In this document: piece by piece, positions 1-8,647 of the stretch
How positions within the stretch are numbered: position 1 is the first letter of the stretch
How the letters are laid out: the number at the start of each line of letters is the position of its first letter
The notes under the pieces: model-generated
Told to the model about the DNA's origin: nothing
Database searches by the model: none
What the model saw: the letters and a program-made list of their open reading frames with translations, nothing else
Made by a program: the position numbers and the translations under genes
Origin: a virus
Taxonomy: Duplodnaviria; Caudoviricetes
IMG/VR virus record: IMGVR_UViG_3300049173_000026
Span: 1 to 36,955 of that record
Strand: one strand, 5' to 3'
DNA length: 36,955 nucleotides

Positions 1-99
1 CCGGTCTCGTCGGGGTTGGTGCAGATGAAACGGGCACCGTCGTTGATGAGCCGGACCGCCTTGGTCATGGCCTCGAAGGAGTAGGTGCGGGTCTCGCCC
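1..99 (-). pseudogene. Part of a host HAD-IIA (NagD-like) hydrolase gene, cut off from its 5' half by prophage integration
   Basis: Minus strand reads [33 protein letters not shown], typical of NagD/HAD-IIA (TNPD motif). Upstream of GET the frame becomes NYVLVVW and hits an in-frame TAA at 123-125. Confidence 0.8.
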
Positions 100-135
100 C
101 ACACGACCAAAACATAGTTCGATTACCCTGGTCGC
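75..135. other. Prophage attachment junction (attL/attR hybrid), crossover near 97-101
   Basis: Host-like coding ends abruptly at about 99, the sequence turns AT-richer (ACCAAAACATAGTTCGATTA), and a serine integrase starts at 159. Confidence 0.7.
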
Positions 136-158
136 CGAACTGGAGCGAGAGAGTCCAC

Positions 159-1673
159 ATGGGAATAGTAGTTGGCGGCTACGCGCGCATTAGCGACGTA
201 GGGGAACTCGGCGACGGCCGAGACGGTGAGGAAGGCGTCACCCGCCAGAAAGAGGACGTGCACGATCTCGTCCGGGTCCGCGACCTGACCTTGCACCGCA
301 TGTACGTCGACAACGACCTCTCCGCTTACAAGCGCAGGGTGACCCGGCCAGACTTTCGAGAGCTGGTGAACGACCTGGAGACGGCTGTCATCTCGGGTGT
401 AGCGGCCTACAACATCGACCGCATCACCAGGCAGCCGCGCGAGCTGGAGCAGCTCATCGACATCTACGCGACGGCCCGCCGTCCGATGGTGTTCGCCACG
501 ACGGCCGGTGACTACGACCTGTCCACCGACGATGGCCGGTTCAATGCCCGGCTGTACGTGATGATCGCGAACAAGTTCTCGGCGGACGCGGCACGCCGAG
601 TGGCCCGGCAGAAGAAGGCCGAGGCGATGCAGGGGAAGCCGCACAGGGGTCAGCGGCCCTTCGGCTGGCAGAGCGGCGGGGAGAAGACCGAACCGTTCGA
701 GGCCGAGCTGATCCGAAAGGCTCAGCGGGACATCCTGAACGGCAAGCTCTTGTCCGAGGTGCACGCCGAGTGGGCCCAACTGGGCATCACCAGTCCGCAG
801 ACTCCCGCCGGCAAGCCGATGTCCTTCTCCAGCGTCGAGTACATCGTGACGAACCCCCGGCTGTGCGGTTACCGGGCCTACGTGCCCCAGCAGGAGCGCG
901 AGAGGCGCGGCCGGGTCGACCTCGCCGAGTTCCTGCTCGAACGGACCGACGGAACGCCGATCGTCGGCTCGTGGGAGCCGATCTGCACCCCGGATGAGTG
1001 GCGGGCCGTGCGGGACGTACTGAAGGCCCGGAAGACGGAGGGCCGGGGCCGCAAGAAGGGCTCGACGGTCACGAAGCGGATGCTGACGAGCATCGCGCGA
1101 TGCGGCGAGTGCGGCCGGGGAATGTTCTCGGCGATCTACACGCGGGGCACCGTGAGCTACGAGAAGTACGGGTACTTCTACCTGTGCCGGAAGCCCGAGG
1201 GCGGATGCGGTTCGGTGTCCCGATCAGGACCGCCGGTCGAGGAACACGTCGAGCGCGTGCTCCTGGCGCACCTGGCGAACCTGTCGAAGGACTCTCGGCC
1301 GGGCCAAGCGCAGGACGACCCGGAGCTGATCAAGGCACGGCGGGATCTCGCGCAGGTCGAAGCGGACATGGCGGAAGCTCGGCAGCTCCGCGAGGCGGGC
1401 GAGTTCCCCCTCGGCGAGTTCGTGCGGGAGATCAAGCGCCTCGAAGGCAAGCGCGACGAGCTGTCGGTGAAGGTGGCCGGACTGAACGCCATGGGGCCGC
1501 AGACGGGCGCCTCGGCCGCCGAGCGGATCATCCGCGAATGGGAGACGTACACGGCCCCGATGAAGCGCGCCGTGATTCAGCGGTTCATCGAGGCCGTGGT
1601 GATCAGGAAGCAGCCGCGAGGCGGTAAGCACGCCTTCCGTCCGGACTTGATCGAAATCTTCTGGAAGAAGTGA
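159..1673 (+). CDS. int: Large serine integrase
   Basis: N-terminal YARIS catalytic motif, DNDLSAY and DRITR motifs, recombinase domain, zinc ribbon (CGECG...YLC...C) and coiled coil; 504 aa. Confidence 0.97.
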   Translation: MGIVVGGYARISDVGELGDGRDGEEGVTRQKEDVHDLVRVRDLTLHRMYVDNDLSAYKRRVTRPDFRELVNDLETAVISGVAAYNIDRITRQPRELEQLIDIYATARRPMVFATTAGDYDLSTDDGRFNARLYVMIANKFSADAARRVARQKKAEAMQGKPHRGQRPFGWQSGGEKTEPFEAELIRKAQRDILNGKLLSEVHAEWAQLGITSPQTPAGKPMSFSSVEYIVTNPRLCGYRAYVPQQERERRGRVDLAEFLLERTDGTPIVGSWEPICTPDEWRAVRDVLKARKTEGRGRKKGSTVTKRMLTSIARCGECGRGMFSAIYTRGTVSYEKYGYFYLCRKPEGGCGSVSRSGPPVEEHVERVLLAHLANLSKDSRPGQAQDDPELIKARRDLAQVEADMAEARQLREAGEFPLGEFVREIKRLEGKRDELSVKVAGLNAMGPQTGASAAERIIREWETYTAPMKRAVIQRFIEAVVIRKQPRGGKHAFRPDLIEIFWKK

Positions 1674-1685
1674 GCGAGGGGTGCG

Positions 1686-1793
1686 TCAGTCGTCGGCTTC
1701 GAGCCTGAACCGCTGACGCACCCACTCGATGTCTTCGGGCTTTGGTGCGGGCGCCTTCGCGAGTTCACGGGCGATCCACTCCTCGGTCGTCAC
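1686..1793 (-). CDS. Small protein (35 aa), candidate recombination directionality factor
   Basis: GTG overlaps the thyX stop (GTGA). Reads VTTEEWIARELAKAPAPKPEDIEWVRQRF and is convergent with int. Confidence 0.55.
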   Translation of the reverse strand: MTTEEWIARELAKAPAPKPEDIEWVRQRFRLEADD

Positions 1794-2515
1794 GGGGCGA
1801 CTCGCCCGTTCGCCTCGAAGGCGGTGTGGGTGACCGGCATCAGCTCGGCGAAGATCCGCTCGGCCTTCTCGGCGCACATCTCGATCTCGCGCTGAGGGTG
1901 GGAGACGAAGGCGGCGTCCTCGCGGTGGGTGCGGAGGCTGAGGAAGTTCATCAGGCCGCGAGGGTTCATGGTGACGTACATCGAGCTGTAGATGCCGACC
2001 GGCAGGGCTGCGCGGGCGATCTCGCGGGCGACGCCGGCAGACAGCATTCGCTCGTACGCCTCGTAGGCGGCCTCGTAGGCGGCGAGGAGAGAGACATCCA
2101 CGATGGCGAGCTGTTCGGCCGTGCCAGGCTCGAAGCGGTAGGCGCCCGCCTTGCCCACCTGGACGAGGTTGCGCTCGGCGGCCGGGATGTAGAAGGAGGG
2201 CCGAAGCTCGCGGTAGCGGGCAGACTCCTCGTTGTACGAGGCGATGCGGTGGCGCTGCCACTCGCGGAAGACGAAGATCGGAGCCTCGACGAACAGGGTC
2301 AGGCTGCCGTGTTCGAAGGGGCTGCCGTGCCGCTCGCGCATGAGGTAGCCGATCAGGCCCGCGTCGCGGTCCGTGTCCTCGCCGGGCTTGCCGAGGAAGG
2401 ACTTGTGGGTCTGGCCGACCGTGGAGACGCGGGCGGCTCGCACGACGGCCTTGTCCGAGACGTTGTGGTCGACGAGCTGCACGGTCATGTCGGAGCGGAG
2501 GTTGAGGGGGGTCAC
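1790..2515 (-). CDS. thyX: FAD-dependent thymidylate synthase ThyX
   Basis: RHRIASYNEESARY ThyX motif, HGSPFEH, AREIARAALP. GTG start at 2515 follows AAGGA. Confidence 0.96.
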   Translation of the reverse strand: MTPLNLRSDMTVQLVDHNVSDKAVVRAARVSTVGQTHKSFLGKPGEDTDRDAGLIGYLMRERHGSPFEHGSLTLFVEAPIFVFREWQRHRIASYNEESARYRELRPSFYIPAAERNLVQVGKAGAYRFEPGTAEQLAIVDVSLLAAYEAAYEAYERMLSAGVAREIARAALPVGIYSSMYVTMNPRGLMNFLSLRTHREDAAFVSHPQREIEMCAEKAERIFAELMPVTHTAFEANGRVAP

Positions 2516-2544
2516 GGCAGTTTCCTTCGGTCTCATGTTTACAG

Positions 2545-2787
2545 TCAGGCGGCGTAGTTGGCGGTGTGCTCCTCGTAGGAGCGGCGGGACTGCTTGGTCA
2601 GGTGCCACATGCCGAACTCGCACTCATAGGCGCGGTTCTCGCGGTTGATGGGGCCGCGCCCCCGGATCGTTTGGGCCTGTCGGTCGCGCTTGGCCTGGGC
2701 CCGGCCGAGGGCCTTCTCGGCGGAGCGCTTGTCGGGGAAGGCGCGCTTGTCGGAGCAGTCGCAGGTGTGGAAGTCGACGGTCTTCAT
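2545..2787 (-). CDS. Hypothetical protein, possible Zn-binding (C/H motifs)
   Basis: AAGGAG RBS; CDC...KRAF...RAYECEFGMWHLT. Confidence 0.8.
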   Translation of the reverse strand: MKTVDFHTCDCSDKRAFPDKRSAEKALGRAQAKRDRQAQTIRGRGPINRENRAYECEFGMWHLTKQSRRSYEEHTANYAA

Positions 2788-2808
2788 GGGGGTTCTCCTT
2801 CGGGCTGG

Positions 2809-3060
2809 TTACGGACGGGGCTTTGCGACCAGGCCCTTGCGTTGGGCCATGCGCATGTAGGTGAGGACGGTCTGACGCTGGACTTCGAGGTAGTCGGCGA
2901 GGTGACGGGCCGGGTTGAGTACGCCGTCGACCTCGGCCTGTACGTAGTGGGTGGCGAGGCGGACGAGGAAGGCGTCGGTGACGTGGTATCCCTCGCGGAG
3001 GGCTCGCAGCTCGGCGATCTCGGCTTCGGTCATCTTCGGGGCGCGGAGTGCGTCGGTCAT
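2809..3060 (-). CDS. Small HTH DNA-binding protein
   Basis: C-terminal PARHLADYLEVQRQTVLTYMRMAQRKGL is HTH-like. Confidence 0.7.
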   Translation of the reverse strand: MTDALRAPKMTEAEIAELRALREGYHVTDAFLVRLATHYVQAEVDGVLNPARHLADYLEVQRQTVLTYMRMAQRKGLVAKPRP

Positions 3061-3079
3061 GGCGGTATCCGTTCTGGGT

Positions 3080-3511
3080 TCACTTCGCCCGGAACTTGCC
3101 GCACGGGCAGGTGGGGAGTTGGCAAGCGCCTCGACCGGCGCTCGCTGCGGAGTGGGTAAAGGGTGCGTGGCCGCATTCGGGGTGGAAGCAGTAGCCCTTC
3201 CACCCCTTCTTGCCGTCCACGTTGGCCAACATCACTCCGGGGCTGTGGAGTTGGACGAGGCGGCCTGTGCCTCCGAACGCCATCTTCGAGGCGAAGGTCT
3301 TGATCTCCGCTTCGCTGCCGAACGGGCCGAAGTTCAGGCCGCGGTGACCGTCCGCCCATGTGTGGACGAGGGCGATCAGGTCGCGCATTTGGAGGATCGA
3401 GGCGATCTCCTTGATCAGGGCTTTCGCCATCTGGTCGGCGCTCTCGAAGGTGGGGTCCTCCAGGAGCGCCTTGACCGCCTCGACCTCTTCCTTCCGGGGG
3501 GTCAGTCGCAT
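3080..3511 (-). CDS. Hypothetical protein with C-terminal Cys/His cluster
   Basis: Phage-like codon use; CFHPECGH...H...C...CPC. Confidence 0.8.
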   Translation of the reverse strand: MRLTPRKEEVEAVKALLEDPTFESADQMAKALIKEIASILQMRDLIALVHTWADGHRGLNFGPFGSEAEIKTFASKMAFGGTGRLVQLHSPGVMLANVDGKKGWKGYCFHPECGHAPFTHSAASAGRGACQLPTCPCGKFRAK

Positions 3512-3540
3512 GGATCAACCTTAACACCCCGGTCTCATCT

Positions 3541-4107
3541 TTACATCGTGAGCGGGATGAGCTGCATCACACGGTCGTGAAGCTGGGCCACGGGCCCGTC
3601 GTTGCGGATCACGTCGTCGAACAGGTACCCGGCGAGGGCGTTCTCGCTGACGTGGTCCGCCTCGCGGATGAGCGTCTGGCCGGGGCGCTCGATGGCGATG
3701 ACCAGGCCGCCACGGTCGCGGATCGCTTCCGCCTCGTTGGGGAAGCGCACGTCGGTGATGACGGTCGGGGTGTCCCAGGACTCGAAGTCGCGGAACAGGG
3801 CGTCCACCCAGACGTTCTCGCCGAGGACGGCTCGGCCGCCCTCCGTGCCGAGCCGCTGGGAGTAGCCCCGCACGACCGGGTACATCTCCTTCACGTCCTC
3901 CCAGCCGTAGGTGTCGACCTCGTACCGCAGGGTGGTGGTCCCCTCGGCGTACTGGGGCTCGATCAGTACCGGGTCGAGGGCGTACAGCACCTCGCGCACC
4001 TTGTCGGCGAAGGCTCGGCGGGTCCAGCCGAGGTCGAGGAGGGCCTGTGCGGCGGTGTCCTTGCCCGAGCGCGCCGCGCCGGCAAGTCCGATCAGGGGGG
4101 CGGTCAT
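3541..4107 (-). CDS. Deoxynucleoside monophosphate kinase
   Basis: IGLAGAARSGKDT P-loop, AFAD, QRLGTE, ITDVRFPNE, HVSE motifs. Confidence 0.92.
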   Translation of the reverse strand: MTAPLIGLAGAARSGKDTAAQALLDLGWTRRAFADKVREVLYALDPVLIEPQYAEGTTTLRYEVDTYGWEDVKEMYPVVRGYSQRLGTEGGRAVLGENVWVDALFRDFESWDTPTVITDVRFPNEAEAIRDRGGLVIAIERPGQTLIREADHVSENALAGYLFDDVIRNDGPVAQLHDRVMQLIPLTM

Positions 4108-4131
4108 CTGTCTGTCTCTCTTTCGGTCGGG

Positions 4132-4488
4132 TCAGCCTTCGCGGCTGTCGAGGAGTCGGCACAGGCCGGGGGCGGTGACGCGGCCCTCGCAAACGTCGCA
4201 GTCGCAGTCGTGCAGGCAAGTGCCGCAGGTGGACTCGTCGCAGTAAGGGTCAGGCCCGTGCCAGTTGTGGGAGGGGTCGGGGTCCGGGCAACCCCAGGCT
4301 TCACAGCTCCGGTCCTTGGCCCACGTCGGGTAAACGATGTGCTCGCGGCGGCTGAGGAATCCGTGAACGAGCGGGCGGCCAGGGCAGTTGAAGCGGGAGC
4401 GGTCGGCGGTGTCCTGGCCTGTGAAGGCCGCCCGGCATCGGGTGCACTGAAGGCGGCCTTCGGGGCGCTTGCGCAGGTGGTGCTTCAC
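4132..4488 (-). CDS. Cys-rich hypothetical protein
   Basis: ATG overlaps the upstream stop; several CxxC pairs. Confidence 0.65.
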   Translation of the reverse strand: MKHHLRKRPEGRLQCTRCRAAFTGQDTADRSRFNCPGRPLVHGFLSRREHIVYPTWAKDRSCEAWGCPDPDPSHNWHGPDPYCDESTCGTCLHDCDCDVCEGRVTAPGLCRLLDSREG

Positions 4489-5231
4489 TCAGCAGCCGGG
4501 GCGCCGAACGCGGGGACGGGAGCGCCAAGTGTCCACGTCGGCTTGGACTTCGGGGCGGCGTCCTCGATGGCGGTTGCGAAGGACCACTCGCCTTCCATGA
4601 GGCTGCGGCGCATCTGAAGCTCGGCGTGGCGGCCCTGGAGTTCGCGGAGCATCCGGTCGACCTCCCGGTACTCGTCGCGGAGCTTGGCCGTGCGCTTGGC
4701 GCGCAGCTCGCGGGCGAGCGCGGCGGCCTTCGCGTGGACGAGGGCGGCGTCCTCCTGGTGGACGTTGACGAGGGCCTGGATCAGCTCGCGCGTCTTGTCG
4801 CGGGTGCCCCTCGGCGCCGGGTAGTCGTCGATGCCGCCCTCCCTGCGGCGCACGGAGAAGTTCCAGTCCATCTCGCGCTTCGTGTAGACGTGCACCCCTT
4901 CGGCCAGGGTCGACCCCCAGACTTCGAGGTCGCCCTCGCAGTCGGCGTAGTGGGCCCGGCCGTACCCGACATAGAAGCCGGACGGGAGGAACTCCCACGC
5001 GTTCTCGTTGGCTCCGTTCGTGTGCCAGGTGACGAGCGGCTCGTCGTACTTCGGCGTGATCCGGACCGTCCCGCGGATTCGGGGACCGGTCACCCGGTAG
5101 GCGGTCACCCACGGCCGGTCGGTGGTCGCCCACGGCTTGTCGTTGGGCTCCTCGGCCAGGCGCTCGAAGTAGACGGTCCCGAAGGACAGGCCGACGTGCC
5201 CGGCGTACTCGAAGGTCGCGTTCTCGTTCAT
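4485..5231 (-). CDS. Hypothetical protein
   Basis: Start MNENATF after a GAGAG RBS; C-terminal coiled coil. Confidence 0.8.
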   Translation of the reverse strand: MNENATFEYAGHVGLSFGTVYFERLAEEPNDKPWATTDRPWVTAYRVTGPRIRGTVRITPKYDEPLVTWHTNGANENAWEFLPSGFYVGYGRAHYADCEGDLEVWGSTLAEGVHVYTKREMDWNFSVRRREGGIDDYPAPRGTRDKTRELIQALVNVHQEDAALVHAKAAALARELRAKRTAKLRDEYREVDRMLRELQGRHAELQMRRSLMEGEWSFATAIEDAAPKSKPTWTLGAPVPAFGAPAAE

Positions 5232-5255
5232 GGTGTCTCTGCTCTCTCGCGAGGG

Positions 5256-5294
5256 GGCCGCCCCTGCCCTCTCCCTGTATGGGAAGGGGCGGCC
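5256..5294 (-). repeat. Conserved stem-loop, copy 1 (loop AUACAGGGAGA)
   Basis: GGCCGCCCC/GGGGCGGCC stem enclosing CTCTCCCTGT on +. Confidence 0.9.
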
Positions 5295-5320
5295 GTGATG
5301 GTGGGTCGTGCGGGGGGTGG

Positions 5321-5647
5321 TCAGTCGCCGTAGCACTGCGAGACGGGGATGCCCTCGCCTCGGGCGTGGCGGATGCAGTTCTCGGCGCACTCGGTGAAGA
5401 ACGCGAGGGCCTTCTCGGCGCCCTCGGCCGCGGTGCCGGCGGATTCGTAGCGGGAGTTCTGCATGCGGAGCAGGTCGTCGCCGAACATCAGGTAGAGACC
5501 CTCGCCGCTCCAGTAGATCCGGCCTCCGCCTCGCCAGTTGTTCGAGTTCAGCTCGTGGAAGACCGCGTCTCCGGTGATGCCGCGCTCGATGCGGACTCGG
5601 ACCGTGGCGCCGTCCGAGAGGGTCATGCGGTCGGTGTAAGGCTTCAT
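5321..5647 (-). CDS. Hypothetical protein
   Basis: Start MKPYTDR after GAGGAA. Confidence 0.8.
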   Translation of the reverse strand: MKPYTDRMTLSDGATVRVRIERGITGDAVFHELNSNNWRGGGRIYWSGEGLYLMFGDDLLRMQNSRYESAGTAAEGAEKALAFFTECAENCIRHARGEGIPVSQCYGD

Positions 5648-5669
5648 GTCGGGTTCCTCTCTGGGGTGA

Positions 5670-6251
5670 TCAGGCGGCCTGAACGGCGTTGCGGGCGGCG
5701 TAGAAGTCGAGGGCCTCGCGGGCCTGGGAGCGGGCATAGGTGCGGCCGTAGAAGCCGAAGCAAGAGTCGACGTGCTCCCACGTCTGCATGTGCTCGTCCT
5801 CGTCGTCGTCGCGGGTCCAGTCGGCGCGCTCCTCGACCACGAACCCCCACACGTCGCCCGAGGCCCACGCCTCGTACTCCTCCATCTCGGCTTCGATGTA
5901 GCCCTCGGTCAGGAGTCCGGCATCGAGTGCGACCGCCTCTTCGCCGGTCATGTACCAGAGGGAGCGGGGGCCGCCGGTCGGGGAGGACTCCAGCACGATT
6001 CCGCCGTGGAAGATCGAGACGTAGCGGGTGAAGGTGTCGATGCCCGTCCAGCGGTTCCACTTCAGGCGCTCCCACATCTCGGCGAGCGGGCCGCCGTCCA
6101 TGTCGACGGGGTGGTACTGCCCGCCGTGGGTGTCGATGGTGATGACGTGTGCGAGCGTCTCCGCGTCGTGGCGGGGGTTCTCGGCGTGCTCGTCGTGGAC
6201 CAGGCGCACGCGGAAGCGGCCGTCTTCAGTGGTGGCGAGAACGTCGGACAT
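5670..6251 (-). CDS. Hypothetical acidic protein
   Basis: Start MSDVLAT after AAGGAG; GDVWGFVVE...DSCFGFYG motif. Confidence 0.85.
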   Translation of the reverse strand: MSDVLATTEDGRFRVRLVHDEHAENPRHDAETLAHVITIDTHGGQYHPVDMDGGPLAEMWERLKWNRWTGIDTFTRYVSIFHGGIVLESSPTGGPRSLWYMTGEEAVALDAGLLTEGYIEAEMEEYEAWASGDVWGFVVEERADWTRDDDEDEHMQTWEHVDSCFGFYGRTYARSQAREALDFYAARNAVQAA

Positions 6252-6277
6252 GTGAGTCTCCTTCGAGGCGTCGGGGT

Positions 6278-6314
6278 GGGCCGCCCCGGCTCTCCCTGTG
6301 TGCAGGGGCGGCCC
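6278..6314 (-). repeat. Conserved stem-loop, copy 2
   Basis: GGGCCGCCCC/GGGGCGGCCC stem, loop ACACAGGGAGA on -. Confidence 0.9.
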
Positions 6315-6327
6315 GTGAGTGGGTGGG

Positions 6328-6744
6328 TCAGGCAGCGAGGGCCGCGACGGCGGCGCGAGCGTCCTTGTCCCAGTCGGGGAGGGCGAGGCCGAGTTCGATG
6401 TAGCGGGCGGCGCGGGCCTGGGCGCGGCTGGGTCCAGAGAACTTGCAGCCCTTGTGACGGCGCGGCGGGGCAGGATTCTTGCCCGTGCGCTCTCGCATGT
6501 GGCTGGGGTAGGGCTCGATGTCGACGGCGCACAGGCGGCAGTGCAGGGCCCATCGGTGCTCACTGCCGGGGTAGCCCTGGTGGACGCCCGCGCATCGGGT
6601 GCGGGTGCAGCCTTCCGGCTCGTCGACCGGAGTAGCCCGGAGGGCGTAGCCGAGTTCGAGCACGCGCGGCCAGACGGCGGCGAGGGAGTCTCGGTTGCGC
6701 TTGTTGTCGGGCAGGAAGGAGGAGAGGGACGGTCCGGCGGTCAT
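6328..6744 (-). CDS. Hypothetical protein with Cys/His motifs
   Basis: AAGGA RBS; fills the gap in the operon. Confidence 0.7.
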   Translation of the reverse strand: MTAGPSLSSFLPDNKRNRDSLAAVWPRVLELGYALRATPVDEPEGCTRTRCAGVHQGYPGSEHRWALHCRLCAVDIEPYPSHMRERTGKNPAPPRRHKGCKFSGPSRAQARAARYIELGLALPDWDKDARAAVAALAA

Positions 6745-6774
6745 GTGTCCTTGCCTTTCGGGGAGTTGGGGAGG

Positions 6775-6999
6775 TCAGTTGCCGTTGGCGCGGTCGAGGG
6801 CCTTGTCGGCATACGCGGTGAGGATTCGGCGGGCGATCTCGTGCTGTCGGTACTCGCCCGCCATGCGGGCGAGCGTCTGGCCGTAGGCGCCGAGGTAGCC
6901 GAGGTACGGGCCGAACTCCAAGGTCACGGCGTACTTCATGTCGGCGTCGATCTGCGCCTTCTCCTCGGTCAGGTCGATGTGGTCGCGGAGGTTCTTCAT
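6775..6999 (-). CDS. Hypothetical protein
   Basis: Start MKNLRDH after AAGAGG. Confidence 0.75.
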   Translation of the reverse strand: MKNLRDHIDLTEEKAQIDADMKYAVTLEFGPYLGYLGAYGQTLARMAGEYRQHEIARRILTAYADKALDRANGN

Positions 7000-7010
7000 G
7001 TCGGCCTCTT

Positions 7011-7343
7011 TCAGGCGGAGTTGGGGAAGTGGAAGCCCACGCGGGCCGCGTCGAGGAGGTCGTCGACCGCTTCGAGGAAGGAGCGCAGCGAGTCGTGCTC
7101 GCTCCAGGAGCCGGGCTCGTCTTCGAGGTAGGCGTCGAGGGCCTCGCGTGCCCACTCGACGCTGACGGCGGGGTCGGCGACGATCACGAGCGTGCCGGCG
7201 ACGTTGACCGCCCATACGTCGGAGCCATCGAGGTCGATGTCTCGGGGGTCGAGTTCGTGGGGCTGCTTGCCGTCGCACTGGAAGAGGCCATCCGGCCGGA
7301 GGCCGAAGCGGGCGCCGCATTCACCGCAGCGGATCGAGTCCAT
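7011..7343 (-). CDS. Hypothetical protein, N-terminal CxxC
   Basis: AAAGG RBS; CGEC...C...H. Confidence 0.75.
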   Translation of the reverse strand: MDSIRCGECGARFGLRPDGLFQCDGKQPHELDPRDIDLDGSDVWAVNVAGTLVIVADPAVSVEWAREALDAYLEDEPGSWSEHDSLRSFLEAVDDLLDAARVGFHFPNSA

Positions 7344-7365
7344 CGGGGTTGTAGCCTTTCGGTAG

Positions 7366-7402
7366 GGCCGCCCCTCCCCTCTCCCTGTGGGGAGAGGCGG
7401 CC
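7366..7402 (-). repeat. Conserved stem-loop, copy 3
   Basis: GGCCGCC/GGCGGCC outer stem, inner CUCCCC/GGGGAG stem, loop ACAGGGAGA. Confidence 0.88.
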
Positions 7403-7418
7403 TCTTGCGCGGGGGGGG

Positions 7419-7706
7419 TCAGTCCTTCGAGACGCTCGCGAGGATCTCCAACAGCTCGCCTACGGCCGCGTACTCGCTCGGGCTGACGTAGCGCCACTCC
7501 TCCTCGGGGAGCATCTCGACCGGCAGGGCGTAGACGAGCCGGGCCGCCGTCTGGGCGAGGTTCAGCAGGGTGTACGACTCCTGGGTGCCGGGGTCGTGGC
7601 CCTCCCGTCCCTTCTCGACCTCTCGGGCGATCGCGAGGACTTCGCGGGCGGATTCCTTGATCCGGTCGAGACCGATCGACTCGGGCTGTTCGATGGTGGG
7701 GAACAT
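7419..7706 (-). CDS. Hypothetical protein
   Basis: AGAGG RBS; high-GC3 codon pattern. Confidence 0.75.
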   Translation of the reverse strand: MFPTIEQPESIGLDRIKESAREVLAIAREVEKGREGHDPGTQESYTLLNLAQTAARLVYALPVEMLPEEEWRYVSPSEYAAVGELLEILASVSKD

Positions 7707-7730
7707 GTCTGCCTCTCTGGGCTGATCGGG

Positions 7731-7767
7731 GGCCGCCCCCCGCTCTCCCTGTGTGCAAGGGGCGGCC
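7731..7767 (-). repeat. Conserved stem-loop, copy 4
   Basis: GGCCGCCCC/GGGGCGGCC stem, loop ACACAGGGAGA. Confidence 0.9.
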
Positions 7768-7779
7768 GGTGAAGGTGTG

Positions 7780-8511
7780 TCAGGCGCTCAGCGCGCGGCG
7801 TCGCTGAGCGACGCGGGTCTGGCCGAGGTCGGCACGGTTGGCCGCCTCCCGTCCCGCGTCGAGGCCGCTTCCGCGACGACGCGCGGAGCCCTTAGGCGTG
7901 ACAGCGTTCGGGTAGGCCGCCGCGAAGCGGGCCTCGACCACGGCCTTGCGGTCCGCGAGGACCAGCTCTGTGGAACGGCCGGAAGCGGCTGCCGGGGCTT
8001 CCTGCTGGGCGCGGGCCTCGATCTCCCGGAGACGCTCGTCGATGCGGACGATGAACCCTCCGGCCCACGCCTTCCGGTAGGTGACCAGGCTTTCCCCACG
8101 CGCGGGGCGGCCCTGGCGCATGCCGTTGAACATCTGGAGCAGGAGCGAGGTGAACAGCAACTCCACCCGGTCGAGGTCGGACTCGTACCCGAAGATGTGG
8201 ACCTCGGTCCGGCCTCGACCAACGCGCCTCTTGATGCTCGTGCAGTGGAGAGCGTCGGCCACGTAGCCGAGGAGGTACAGGCGGTCGGTGGTGTAGCTGC
8301 CCTCGACGGTGATCACGCGGTCGCCAGGCCGGTCGGCGTTCGGGTCGGTGGCGGCGAGCATCGCGCGCTCGATCCCGTACTTCGCCATCAGCTCGGCGGC
8401 CTTGCCGAAGTACACCTCGGCCTCTTCCGGCGTGGTGGCCGAGTCCTCCGCCTTCGCGAGGAGAGCGCGGATCTTGGCGAGCTTGCCGTCTTCAGGCATG
8501 GGGGTAGCCAT
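7780..8511 (-). CDS. DUF2786-domain protein
   Basis: KLAKIRALLAKAE...EEAE...KAAELMAKYGI is the DUF2786 signature. Start MATPMPE after GAAAGG. Confidence 0.85.
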   Translation of the reverse strand: MATPMPEDGKLAKIRALLAKAEDSATTPEEAEVYFGKAAELMAKYGIERAMLAATDPNADRPGDRVITVEGSYTTDRLYLLGYVADALHCTSIKRRVGRGRTEVHIFGYESDLDRVELLFTSLLLQMFNGMRQGRPARGESLVTYRKAWAGGFIVRIDERLREIEARAQQEAPAAASGRSTELVLADRKAVVEARFAAAYPNAVTPKGSARRRGSGLDAGREAANRADLGQTRVAQRRRALSA

Positions 8512-8532
8512 GTCGGAACCTTTCGGGGGTTC

Positions 8533-8639
8533 GATGCGGGCTGGCATCGTCAGAGGGGAGGTACCGCCTCCCACTGACGCCCTCCCGTTGCGCCCGTACC
8601 GGGGGCGCAAGGGACTACAGGGCGTTTCGCCTTTGCATC
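8533..8639 (-). ncRNA. Type II hammerhead ribozyme (HHR-A)
   Basis: Minus strand: GGC-GAAAC-GCCC[hairpin]GGGC-GUC-AG(U)GGGAGG-CGGUA-CCUCCCCU-CUGACGA-U-GCC. All core nucleotides and three helices are present. Predicted cut between 8576 and 8575. Confidence 0.88.
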
Positions 8640-8647
8640 CGGTGAGG

